Positions 29,403 to 38,670 of a stretch of DNA of 64,000 nucleotides are shown here, in pieces. The notes beneath the pieces are model-generated. The model was given only the letters and a program-made list of their open reading frames with translations, searched no databases and had not been told where the DNA came from. The stretch's first letter is position 1. Every line of letters starts with the position of its first letter. Position numbers and translations under genes: made by a program. Source of the stretch: a virus; the IMG/VR virus record IMGVR_UViG_3300025018_000121, positions 1 through 64,000 of that record. One strand, given 5' to 3'.

Positions 29403-30221
29403 ATGTCTAAAGGCTTCGATCTTTCCCGAGTTATTGCGAACTATCAAAATCGCACCCAAGGTAAGTTTGACGTAGTTGCTACTTTGCATGATAGTGCACC
29501 TATTACTGCAAACCTGCACAAAGTTTTAATTACTTTGAGTTCACCTTCTAACGACCGTGCAAAGAACTATCAAGCAATTGCCAATCTTTTTAAAAATGAG
29601 GCTGCTGCTGTTGTAGGTTCTTTCCGTGTAGTTCCGTCTAGCCGCGAACACGTTCTGGTAGGTTTTATTACCAAGAATGTTGAAACCCGCGAAGTTACTA
29701 CAGCTTCTTTGGATAAATTCAAAGTAATGGCCGGTAATCTTTTGATGGACACTGAAGACAGTTCGCTTTGGGAGCTGAAAATTGTTGAAGGTAATAAATA
29801 CCTGTCGCGTAAAACTGAAGAAACTCTTTCTGATCTTGTTCAGTTTGCCAGTATTAAACACCACAATCATTTGGCTAACGTTGGTAAAATTCAGCACCTT
29901 GTAATGGCTTCTGTTCAAGAAGGCGAATACGCAGTTTTCGCTTCGCACAATACTAACGAAGTACACGCTGGATACGTTATTTCTAGCGAAGGTGACAAGC
30001 TGGAAATTCTGTGTTCGCATGATGACACTGTAGAAGAAATTAGTTCTGAGCAATTAATTGAATCTACTTTTATCACTAAGAAGTTTGATGAAATTGCTAT
30101 GCCTGAAAATTCGCAAGGCAATAAAGAAGCTATGAAGGAATACTACAAGAAACTCTATTCGTATAGCCCAGAATACTATGAGAAAATGGCTGCTATTATT
30201 GATGGTAACGCTGCAATTTGA
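29403..30221 (+). CDS. abundant virion/prohead core protein
   Basis: high-expression codon bias like MCP; several xxA|S-type sites. Confidence 0.5.
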   Translation: MSKGFDLSRVIANYQNRTQGKFDVVATLHDSAPITANLHKVLITLSSPSNDRAKNYQAIANLFKNEAAAVVGSFRVVPSSREHVLVGFITKNVETREVTTASLDKFKVMAGNLLMDTEDSSLWELKIVEGNKYLSRKTEETLSDLVQFASIKHHNHLANVGKIQHLVMASVQEGEYAVFASHNTNEVHAGYVISSEGDKLEILCSHDDTVEEISSEQLIESTFITKKFDEIAMPENSQGNKEAMKEYYKKLYSYSPEYYEKMAAIIDGNAAI

Positions 30222-30233
30222 TTTAAATAAATA

Positions 30234-30242
30234 TGTAAAGTA
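30234..30242 (+). promoter_or_regulatory. TGTAAAGTA class-1 promoter-like motif abutting a terminator
   Basis: exact 9-mer. Confidence 0.55.
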
Positions 30243-30265
30243 GGGGAGGGAAACCTCCCCTTTTT
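30242..30265 (+). terminator. rho-independent terminator
   Basis: AGGGGAGG-GAAA-CCTCCCCT-TTTT. Confidence 0.85.
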
Positions 30266-30294
30266 ACTATGGTTTACTTACCCGTGAGGTAAAA

Positions 30295-31017
30295 ATGGCC
30301 AAGTTTAAAAAAAGCGGAATGTCTTTTAATTCAGCCGCCCATGAAGAAAAACCTAAAAAGAAAAGAAATCCTGTTGTACTAGAGGCTTCCCCTGTTGAAA
30401 AGAAGAAAAAGAAAAAGAAGAAACCTAAATCAGAATCTAGAGAACTTGCTTTGGTAAGTGAGAAACCTAAAAAGTACGAAGTTGTTAAAAGAAAAAGGGG
30501 CCGCCCCAAAAAGATTCAAACCAAAATACAAAATGCTTCCGAGTTAGCTAATACATTCGGAGGCGATGCTAGAAAGATTCAAAAGCTTCTGCGTCTAAAA
30601 GATGATGACTCTGCTATATTAAAAACACAACGTTCTTTGCTTAATATGCTTATTGAAATGATTCCTATAGCAGAAAATACTTATAGGACATACGGTACGC
30701 AAAGCGCTGCTTACGCAATGAATGCTTTAGTATCCCAAGTAAGGGAACTAATGCAGGACATTGTTTCCTCTCAGGACAGACAACTCGCCGCAGATAATAT
30801 AATCGCGACTATTATTAATCCAAACATGTTATCGTTTGCTCAATTTATTCTGGATAACAACCACCAATTAATTAAAGAAGTGACAGAGCTAGTACCAGTT
30901 GAAAGAGCAAAAGACGTTCAGAATATTGTTAACAAGTCTTCTAGAAATGTTGGTATTTATATTCAGACCATGTTGGAAGACTTTAGAAACAGAATTCAAA
31001 AGGAGCTTTCCGATTGA
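30295..31017 (+). CDS. basic DNA-binding protein with AT-hook-like motif (possible terminase small subunit)
   Basis: poly-K N-terminus, KRKRGRPKK, helical C-terminal half; HNH gene directly downstream. Confidence 0.4.
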   Translation: MAKFKKSGMSFNSAAHEEKPKKKRNPVVLEASPVEKKKKKKKKPKSESRELALVSEKPKKYEVVKRKRGRPKKIQTKIQNASELANTFGGDARKIQKLLRLKDDDSAILKTQRSLLNMLIEMIPIAENTYRTYGTQSAAYAMNALVSQVRELMQDIVSSQDRQLAADNIIATIINPNMLSFAQFILDNNHQLIKEVTELVPVERAKDVQNIVNKSSRNVGIYIQTMLEDFRNRIQKELSD

Positions 31018-31331
31018 AAAAACGTACATTCAGACAAACGAATAAGTTTGGTGTCGTTAAAATTCGCAGAATGTCCTATACAAGTAAGTGGTCAACAACT
31101 TCTAAAGACGTTAAGAAAAGAGATGGTAATAGGTGCGCTATTTGCGGTTCTACTGATGGTCTGGAAACCCATCACATCATTCCGCGTTCTAAAGGCGGAA
31201 CCGATAGAAAGACTAATTTAATTACACTATGCGAAAGACACCATAACAAAAGACATAGACATAAACAAAGTTCGCCAAAGAGGAAAAAGAATGAAAAGGT
31301 TAAATCAAAACGAACAATCAAAGCTAGATAA
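31014..31331 (+). CDS. small HNH endonuclease
   Basis: RDGNRCAICG...HHIIPRSKGG....NLITLCERHH. Confidence 0.9.
   Translation: MKKRTFRQTNKFGVVKIRRMSYTSKWSTTSKDVKKRDGNRCAICGSTDGLETHHIIPRSKGGTDRKTNLITLCERHHNKRHRHKQSSPKRKKNEKVKSKRTIKAR
31213..31222 (+). promoter_or_regulatory. CTAATTTAAT class-2 motif inside the HNH gene, upstream of 31291 and SNF2
   Basis: exact motif about 70 bp before the next start codon. Confidence 0.45.
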
Positions 31332-31863
31332 AATTCTAGCTAAAATTGATTTTGGAACAGAAGAAATTAATTTAGAAGACGTTGCTGAAGTTGCTACTGT
31401 AGCACGAATAAAAATCTCACCTAATAAAGTCTTAAAGCAAGAAGCCTTAACATTTGATATTTCTGACGAAAGTAAAGCGGAACAGGACTTTGAAGCAACT
31501 GCTACAGAAGTAATGATTCGTACTCAGTTAAAATCAACTCACGACAAATTAGAAGAACTGCGCGAAATTGCCAGAGGCTTTTTCTACAGAACTGAAGCAG
31601 AGACTGAAGCAGAAATTGCAGACCATGTTAACATTATTGAAAACATGAAGTTTCCAAATTATTTTAGTGAGTATGTTAAAACAAAATACAGTTATGCTTT
31701 TTGGCGACGTGACCCCGATATAGCATTTAAATACAGGCTCGCTAAAGAACTGTTAGAAGCCATTAGAAAACGTTCACCTTCTTTTTCTAATGCTGTTCTT
31801 GAAGGTATTGTAGAAATGTCGCCAGAGACTTCCTACATTATGTCATCTTGGATTGATAATTAA
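31291..31863 (+). CDS. hypothetical protein, probably head-associated
   Basis: GAGG RBS; EVA/TVA/EATA-type sites. Confidence 0.55.
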   Translation: MKRLNQNEQSKLDKILAKIDFGTEEINLEDVAEVATVARIKISPNKVLKQEALTFDISDESKAEQDFEATATEVMIRTQLKSTHDKLEELREIARGFFYRTEAETEAEIADHVNIIENMKFPNYFSEYVKTKYSYAFWRRDPDIAFKYRLAKELLEAIRKRSPSFSNAVLEGIVEMSPETSYIMSSWIDN

Positions 31864-31874
31864 CGGAGTTGAAA

Positions 31875-34800
31875 ATGGATAGAATTAATCCCCTCAACAA
31901 AGAAGTTACTGCTTCTGTTGAAAACGAAAAAGTAAACCTGAAAAAGTTTGCCGAAACTGCGCGTGTACGTCCTAATTTCTCTCCGCAAATTCAGCCTATG
32001 TATAAACAGCCCGCTATCAAAAACGGGGTTGTAGACACAGATGATTTCGGTAATGAAAAGTATTTGTTTATTAACGGTACTTATTTTGATTTGTTGCGTT
32101 TGCCTACAAACTCTGCACGTAACATTTCTAACACTGAAATGAATAAGATGCGTAATGCTATCCGTTCTATTTCAGTACGAAACACTAAAAAGGAACAAGG
32201 CACAGGCCCCGGTAAAGGCCGCAAGGCTTCTGTACCTATTTCAAAGTACAGCACTCTTGCTCATTTTTCTGACCTTGCTTACCGTTTATTGGAAGCAGGT
32301 TTCACGGCTGCTGTCCCTGAAGACATTCGTGTGCGTTCACTGGAAACAGACACTTTAGCAGAGCAGTTAAAAGAAAAAGAAAAAGAAGTAGACAGAAAAA
32401 GAGCTTCTACCAAAAGCGAGAAAGAAAAAGAACAGCGTGAGCGTAAGCTTATGCTCGAAGGACAGCCCCGCGATTTCTTCAAATACTTTCACGATACTTT
32501 TACCGACGATTGGAATAAAAAACAGATTCCAATGTTTAGTCAAAAGGTACGTGTAAAAGGCGGCGGTGGCGCTTTTAAAGTCGCACTTCCTATCGCGAGC
32601 CGTGATCTTTCTAATCTGACTGGCGAATTATTTAATAAATCCGCTCTTGCACGTAGCGAGTATTCCGTTCCTGTATTAAAAATTATCGACGCCTTGAAAG
32701 ATATATTTAAGCTGAACCTTCGTAATAAAGGTTCTAGCTCTGTTTCTCTTTCATATAATGAATTTATTAATGCTATACCACAAGCGTACAGAACGTCTAT
32801 TCCTAATTTGGATAAAGCTATTTCTAAATACGTAGATGGTATTCGTATTGAAATAGGCCCTGTTAAACAAGATAAAAACTTTGAGAAACATGTTCGTGAT
32901 CTTCAAAAAGATATTGAAACTTTTGAGTTAACGGATGATCTGGTAGATGGCGAAAGACTTGCAGGTTCTTATTTCTATAAAGAAGCTTTGAATGCACTAG
33001 CTACCTCTTTTATGAGCCGTAGCTTTACTTTCTATTTAGAAACGACTCTGCCGGCTACAGAAGCTCAATTTTTTACACAGACTCCGAAAGATAAAGTACG
33101 TGCAGTAGACGTGCTTGAATTTTTCCGTTCTGTTTACGGCACGTACTGGCTGCCTGTTGTTGAATACTATTATCCAGTAGAAGAAATTGCTCAGAAAAAC
33201 GTTGGTTTCCAGCCTAACCCCAAATCAAACGGAGACGGCCTTTGTATTAACAGCAATAACGAATTATTTTATATTCCCAACGTAAACAATATCGACCGCT
33301 TTACTGCACTAAGAAACACAGAACTGTTTGATGAAGCAACCGGCGAATATGTTTTTGAGAAATCAGATGCTGGTATTCCTCTTAATTTGAGAAACTATCT
33401 GGTTTACACGGATTGGGTTAATAATAAACTGGTTTATACAAACCGTGACGGAAAAATTACTGTTCTTGATATAGAAAACATGAACAGAATTAGACCTCAC
33501 GCTGTTGTTAGCTTATTAGATTCTAATCCTTCTATTCTTGCTAGTGTAAGTAACCCTAACCTGCCTTCCCCATTAGTTACTTTCGGTAATGCTTGTGACG
33601 CTGCTTATAGCCAAGGCTTTACGAATATGCTTTTGGACAAGGCTCAGGCACTTTTGGCAGAAACTCAAAACGCACCCATTAATAGAAAAGTTGCAGAAGA
33701 ACTTTTAGGTTCTTTACGCGACCGCGCCCCTATCAATGAATTTATTCAGGTTGCTTATAAAGCCGAAGCTTTCCGTCTTTATTCTTTAGAGGGTATGAGT
33801 GCAGATGAAGCTTATGCTAATGCGTTTAAAAACTCCAATGCGGACGATGATGGTTTAGTTCCTTTCCAAAGAAAAATTGCTTCTGTTGGTATCCGTGAGT
33901 TCATGGGTTCTACTTACGGAAAAATGTTGGCAGAAACTTTAGATTTCTTTGTTGATAAAATTCTTTCAAACTTACAGAACTTTATTCAAGCCTCTGGCCT
34001 CAATTCCATTCGTTTCGCATTAAGCTATTTAGGCTTGATTATCGCACTTAAAAATTACAAAGGTCGATACACAGACTTCAAAATGCTCGATCAAAAAGAG
34101 CGTGAAATTTATTTGAAGTATGACGTAAAAGACGGCGACCCTACTTATGTTGCTAAACTGCCTAACGTAGCCACTGCGAAAGACGGCGAAGGTCGTATGT
34201 TGAAAAACTTCCAGTGGCGAGCATTGTCGCTTCTAGATAAATCGCCTGAGTATTCTATTCTTGCTGTTGATGCAGGTGGTGGTAAAACTATTAGTATTAT
34301 CGCTAACATTCTTCAAGAATTACAGAAAAAGAAAGTCACACGTCCTCTGGTAATTTGTCCGTCGCACCTTGTTAAAGACTATGTTGGTGAAATAAACTAT
34401 TTATGCACAGGTAAAGTAAACGCGGTTGTTATCACTAATGATACTATTAAGTCTTATACGAAAAACGGAATGCTTTCGTTGATTGAGAAAGCTCCTATCA
34501 ATACTGTATTCATAACCTCTTATGATGCTTTTACTGTAGGCGCTGACTTTAATCTCTATTGCAACGAAGTATTAGAAGACTACAGACACTTGGATTTCTT
34601 TAGACAAGCTGCCTTCGATGGTGTTTGGTTAGACGAATCTCATTATCTGAAAAATAAATCTACTCGTTTTTATGCTGTAAGTTACGCTATCGCAGAAATT
34701 CCGCTGAAGCGTCTTGCTACTGGTACTTTGGCACCTAACAGACTTAAAGATATTGTTAATCAGTTTGCTTTATTTGACCCGACTGTTTTCGGTTCCGTTA

Positions 34801-37800
34801 GCCAGTTTGAAAAATTGGTGGATGCAAGTCCGGGTGAAATTCCGCAAGTGATTATGGAAAAACTGAAAGGGCACTGTACGTTTATTAATATCAAACGTCG
34901 TGAATGGGCGGCTGAGTTGCCTACACGTATTCAGTCTTTTGACCCTGTAGTAACTATCCAGTCTGAAAAACAAAAATTACTCTACCGTGCTTTATTGAAT
35001 GACGCCGCTAAAGAAGCTTTGAATGATGATCTGTTAAAAAACGAAATGGATAAAACTCATAGCGAAGCCAGTGAAAACGATGAAGATAGTGACGAACGTC
35101 CTGACGATATGTCACAAGATGAAGTTCAACACTTAGTTACTAAGCAGTTGGATAAACATCTTGCACATATTGAATTGTTTTTATCTGCGCCTATGGCACA
35201 TCCTATTGCAAGACTTAAAGTTGACGGTAAACCTTACCTGTCAGAACACTTAGATCAAATGTCGCCAAAAGTTCCTGTAGTTGAATATCACTACAGGGAT
35301 CACATGGATTTCATTCGTACAGGTGTAATTTGGGAGCGTGACGAAAATGGTAACTACGCAGTTGAAACTTATAAAGACCCTGTTAGTGGGAAATATATTC
35401 CTATAGATAATGGCCACGGCGGTAAAGTTGCTGCACAAGGTTTTAGAAAAGAAGACGGCTCACCTGATATTTTAGGAGAATCACCAGAGCGTAAAAATAA
35501 AGTTCTTGTTTTCACAAACTGGAAAGAATCCGTAGAAGAAATTTTTAGATTTTTAGCACCTGACATTAAAGCACGTACTATGAAGTATTATGCTTCAGAT
35601 AAAGTGCGTAAGTTTAATGAGTTTCGAGACAACGATCATTTTATGATGATGATTGGTATTGGTAAGTCTATGAACACAGGTCTTAACTTACAATTCTGTT
35701 CACGTCTTATTCTTTTAGAAGCTGTATGGGCACCGGGCGACTTGGAACAATCTTTAGCACGTGTATTCCGTCCAGTTAAACTTGAAATTGACGCCAACGG
35801 AAATAGAAAACCTGATCCGCGTAAACGTGTATTTATTAATCATGTTATTGTGGATGAAACAATTGATATTTTCAAAACTGGTAATCTTATTTCCAAGTGG
35901 GTTCAAATTACTAAGACAATGAACGCAGATAATCCTTTGTATGATAAAATTCCAGAAGTTCCTGAAATTCGTTTGAGTCTTAAAAATCTTTTCGGTGGTA
36001 CTGAAGGTGTTTTCGTTGAAGAATTGGAAAATCATAAAAACGCTTTCTTAACACTGCTTGCTGTAGAGCACGAAGACTTCAGAACATTTAAATTAAATAA
36101 TCCTGACAAACTTGAAGTTAAACCAATTGAAAATGCTCCTAACTTAGAAGGCTCTGCAATTCTTGATAAAGTTCCCTACGTTCCGGGCATGTCTATCTAC
36201 AACGATTCAGATGACTTGGATTTAATTCCGTATAATGAGTGGAAACGTCAGTATATGTTAGAAAATGACGGCCACTTTAATCTTGAAGAAATTGTAGCTG
36301 CTGAACCTGTTTATATTCACTGTGAACTTGGCGACGGTTTTGCTATTAAAGAAGGTAGCCGCAAGACTAAAAAAGCTAAGAAAGCGGATTCTGATTTGTT
36401 AGTTGAAGAGGATGAAGCAGAGGATGAAGCTTTTGATTCAGACTTTGATATAAATGTAACTGAAGACCAAATCCGTTCAGGCAATTTAGATTGGGAAAAG
36501 ATTAAAGACAACGTTAGCAACATTGTTGACGACGACGATACTGAAGAAGACGTAAAAGACGATAAGAAGAAAAATGTAAGAGTACGCTTTTACATTGATG
36601 ATAGTACACTGACTAAAGAAGAACTTAATATACTGAGAGATAGTGGAGAAGACGTTGATATCAAAGATATTACGTTCTCTATTTCAATGAATCCTGATAA
36701 ACTGTTTGTTATTGCTAAAAATGTGTCGTCTAAACGTGTTCGTGACATTGTTATTGAACAGATTGAAGGCATTGATGACGTAACTAAAACTGGACTTGCT
36801 TATCAACCCTACAAGAAAGCAACTGATCCTGCTTATCAAGAAACCAAATTAAAAGCTGCTATTGAAAAACTTAAAAAGAGAGTTAACCGTCATACTAAGA
36901 GACTGGAAGAAGAAGAAGCTGAACGCAAAAATAACTTGAAAGAAGCAACTCGGGAAGCTGACCAAGAAAAACGTGGTCGTGGCCGTCCGAGAAAAACACC
37001 AGTTGATGAAATTAAACCGGAAGACATTATGCCGGAGTCTACTGAGCGTGAGCATCTGACAGTTAACGTTTCTCAGGCTTTCGGATTCCTTGCACTTACT
37101 GTGTCTGCTGAACACGACGCAAGTATGAAAAAACTTAATTCTTTAATTACACACTCTGAGTTTTTTGACATTGGCCCTTATTACGCTGTTCCTGTTTCTG
37201 CTTCAAAGTTCGATAAATTAGCTATAATGATAGACAATATCTCTCCATTGTTTAATAACGGTGTACCAATTCTTAAAGACTCTCCTATTATCAAAAACCC
37301 AGTTCATTACATTAAGAAAGGAAAATTTTACGTAAATAAACTTACTGGTAATAAAATTGACGCAGAAGCTTTTGAAGCTGGAGAATATGTAAACAAGGCA
37401 GAAAAAAGACCTAAGTTTAATCTTGAAGATAATGTTTACGGTATGCTTGCCAATGTTGAAGAATCCTTTGACCTTTGGGTTAAGAGAAAGCAGTTAAAGT
37501 TTGCCCGTGGTAAGGTAAACGATGAAATTCAAATTCGTAGAAACTATAAAAAGAAATCCAAACCTGATGAATTGAGAATGTTCACTTTGTTTAAACGTGC
37601 CACTGCAAATAAATACGGTCTGTTCCTTTGTGTTCCGACTAAGACTAATGCGGGAGGCGCAGTATCATGGTTTAAACAGAAGGCAAAAGCAGAGGGTGCA
37701 TCTCTTCCTGTAATTAAAGAGTCTGGTATGTACGTTGCTCTTTATCCTATGGGTAAAAAAGCGGACCTGACTGCCGATCTTAATTCACTGAAAGAAAACT

Positions 37801-37874
37801 TTAAAATCGACAACAAAGACGAAATTAAAGAAGACTTAGCTAGACTTAAAGTACCGGGTAGAAAACCCTCTTAA
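31875..37874 (+). CDS. giant SNF2/SWI2-family helicase (about 2000 aa; ATG start at 31875)
   Basis: AVDAGGGKT, LVICPSHL, WLDESHYLKN, LATGT, TGLNLQ, WAPGDLEQSLARVFR; GGAG RBS before ATG 31875. Confidence 0.88.
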   Translation: MDRINPLNKEVTASVENEKVNLKKFAETARVRPNFSPQIQPMYKQPAIKNGVVDTDDFGNEKYLFINGTYFDLLRLPTNSARNISNTEMNKMRNAIRSISVRNTKKEQGTGPGKGRKASVPISKYSTLAHFSDLAYRLLEAGFTAAVPEDIRVRSLETDTLAEQLKEKEKEVDRKRASTKSEKEKEQRERKLMLEGQPRDFFKYFHDTFTDDWNKKQIPMFSQKVRVKGGGGAFKVALPIASRDLSNLTGELFNKSALARSEYSVPVLKIIDALKDIFKLNLRNKGSSSVSLSYNEFINAIPQAYRTSIPNLDKAISKYVDGIRIEIGPVKQDKNFEKHVRDLQKDIETFELTDDLVDGERLAGSYFYKEALNALATSFMSRSFTFYLETTLPATEAQFFTQTPKDKVRAVDVLEFFRSVYGTYWLPVVEYYYPVEEIAQKNVGFQPNPKSNGDGLCINSNNELFYIPNVNNIDRFTALRNTELFDEATGEYVFEKSDAGIPLNLRNYLVYTDWVNNKLVYTNRDGKITVLDIENMNRIRPHAVVSLLDSNPSILASVSNPNLPSPLVTFGNACDAAYSQGFTNMLLDKAQALLAETQNAPINRKVAEELLGSLRDRAPINEFIQVAYKAEAFRLYSLEGMSADEAYANAFKNSNADDDGLVPFQRKIASVGIREFMGSTYGKMLAETLDFFVDKILSNLQNFIQASGLNSIRFALSYLGLIIALKNYKGRYTDFKMLDQKEREIYLKYDVKDGDPTYVAKLPNVATAKDGEGRMLKNFQWRALSLLDKSPEYSILAVDAGGGKTISIIANILQELQKKKVTRPLVICPSHLVKDYVGEINYLCTGKVNAVVITNDTIKSYTKNGMLSLIEKAPINTVFITSYDAFTVGADFNLYCNEVLEDYRHLDFFRQAAFDGVWLDESHYLKNKSTRFYAVSYAIAEIPLKRLATGTLAPNRLKDIVNQFALFDPTVFGSVSQFEKLVDASPGEIPQVIMEKLKGHCTFINIKRREWAAELPTRIQSFDPVVTIQSEKQKLLYRALLNDAAKEALNDDLLKNEMDKTHSEASENDEDSDERPDDMSQDEVQHLVTKQLDKHLAHIELFLSAPMAHPIARLKVDGKPYLSEHLDQMSPKVPVVEYHYRDHMDFIRTGVIWERDENGNYAVETYKDPVSGKYIPIDNGHGGKVAAQGFRKEDGSPDILGESPERKNKVLVFTNWKESVEEIFRFLAPDIKARTMKYYASDKVRKFNEFRDNDHFMMMIGIGKSMNTGLNLQFCSRLILLEAVWAPGDLEQSLARVFRPVKLEIDANGNRKPDPRKRVFINHVIVDETIDIFKTGNLISKWVQITKTMNADNPLYDKIPEVPEIRLSLKNLFGGTEGVFVEELENHKNAFLTLLAVEHEDFRTFKLNNPDKLEVKPIENAPNLEGSAILDKVPYVPGMSIYNDSDDLDLIPYNEWKRQYMLENDGHFNLEEIVAAEPVYIHCELGDGFAIKEGSRKTKKAKKADSDLLVEEDEAEDEAFDSDFDINVTEDQIRSGNLDWEKIKDNVSNIVDDDDTEEDVKDDKKKNVRVRFYIDDSTLTKEELNILRDSGEDVDIKDITFSISMNPDKLFVIAKNVSSKRVRDIVIEQIEGIDDVTKTGLAYQPYKKATDPAYQETKLKAAIEKLKKRVNRHTKRLEEEEAERKNNLKEATREADQEKRGRGRPRKTPVDEIKPEDIMPESTEREHLTVNVSQAFGFLALTVSAEHDASMKKLNSLITHSEFFDIGPYYAVPVSASKFDKLAIMIDNISPLFNNGVPILKDSPIIKNPVHYIKKGKFYVNKLTGNKIDAEAFEAGEYVNKAEKRPKFNLEDNVYGMLANVEESFDLWVKRKQLKFARGKVNDEIQIRRNYKKKSKPDELRMFTLFKRATANKYGLFLCVPTKTNAGGAVSWFKQKAKAEGASLPVIKESGMYVALYPMGKKADLTADLNSLKENFKIDNKDEIKEDLARLKVPGRKPS

Positions 37875-37886
37875 TCCACGAAAACC

Positions 37887-37908
37887 GGGCGGTTGAAATA
37901 TACCGCCC
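37887..37908 (+). other. GC-rich stem-loop after SNF2 (no U-tract)
   Basis: GGGCGGT-TGAAATAT-ACCGCCC. Confidence 0.5.
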
Positions 37909-37928
37909 AAACTAATTAGGAGATACAA

Positions 37929-38564
37929 ATGAACAAGCTAGTAAAACGTATTCAAATATTTTTAAAGCAGCACGGCTTATACAACGGCGTAGCTGACGGT
38001 CAAGATGATTCAGAAACACGTCACGGTTACGATCTTTGGTGCCGATCCGTAGGAAAAAATTCTCCAACACAAAGAGCCTTTCCTGAGCATGACTCTTTTA
38101 TTCCAGAAGAAATTACTAAGTTTTTTGAATCAAGAAAGAAAGCAAAAGAAAATAAAATCCCTGTAGTTACTCCACAAGACAAAAATGATTCAACAGAAAA
38201 ACCCCTAACACTAGAAACCTTAGTTGACAGACTCAAAGAAGGCAATTTTGTTTTTAACGGCGATGATTTAAAAGCTCTGTTTACCCTTCCATTCTTGCCC
38301 TATGTAGACCACATCACTAAGGTAGAGGACTTGGAAAACGGTCAAGTAGGTACGTGTTTCGGCAAATCTATTTATACAGAGAACGTAGACTTGCTAAAAG
38401 AACTTCACGCCAGTTTTGAAGCTGACATTACAAAAAGTCTAAAAGAGATTGAAGACAGTAAGCAAAAAACTGAAAAGCCTAAGAGTAGCACAGAAACTAA
38501 GAAGCCTTCAGTACAAATTAAAAAAGGCGGTATCCCAAAAAACAAATCATCAAAGAAAAAATAA
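37929..38564 (+). CDS. peptidoglycan-binding-domain protein carrying an MCP-like segment
   Basis: N-terminal VKRIQIFLKQHGLYNGVADG (PG_binding_1 pattern); 30-aa segment alignable to this phage's MCP. Confidence 0.6.
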   Translation: MNKLVKRIQIFLKQHGLYNGVADGQDDSETRHGYDLWCRSVGKNSPTQRAFPEHDSFIPEEITKFFESRKKAKENKIPVVTPQDKNDSTEKPLTLETLVDRLKEGNFVFNGDDLKALFTLPFLPYVDHITKVEDLENGQVGTCFGKSIYTENVDLLKELHASFEADITKSLKEIEDSKQKTEKPKSSTETKKPSVQIKKGGIPKNKSSKKK

Positions 38565-38594
38565 AGTAGTCTCCTTGCGTGTGCGTGTGTACAC

Positions 38595-38624
38595 AGGCCG
38601 GCAAATAAGTCGGCCTTCTTTTTC
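38595..38624 (+). terminator. rho-independent terminator
   Basis: AGGCCGGC-AAATAA-GTCGGCCT-TCTTTTT. Confidence 0.7.
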
Positions 38625-38633
38625 TGTAAAGTA
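38625..38633 (+). promoter_or_regulatory. TGTAAAGTA class-1 promoter-like motif upstream of the DNA polymerase
   Basis: exact 9-mer directly after the terminator. Confidence 0.65.
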
Positions 38634-38670
38634 AGACAGTAAGATAACCCACTGTGGTAGAGAAAAACTT

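Noticed and set aside
26570-30121. Longer antisense ORFs (26570-27142, 29541-30053 and others)
   Set aside because: They lie opposite well-supported genes and show no motifs
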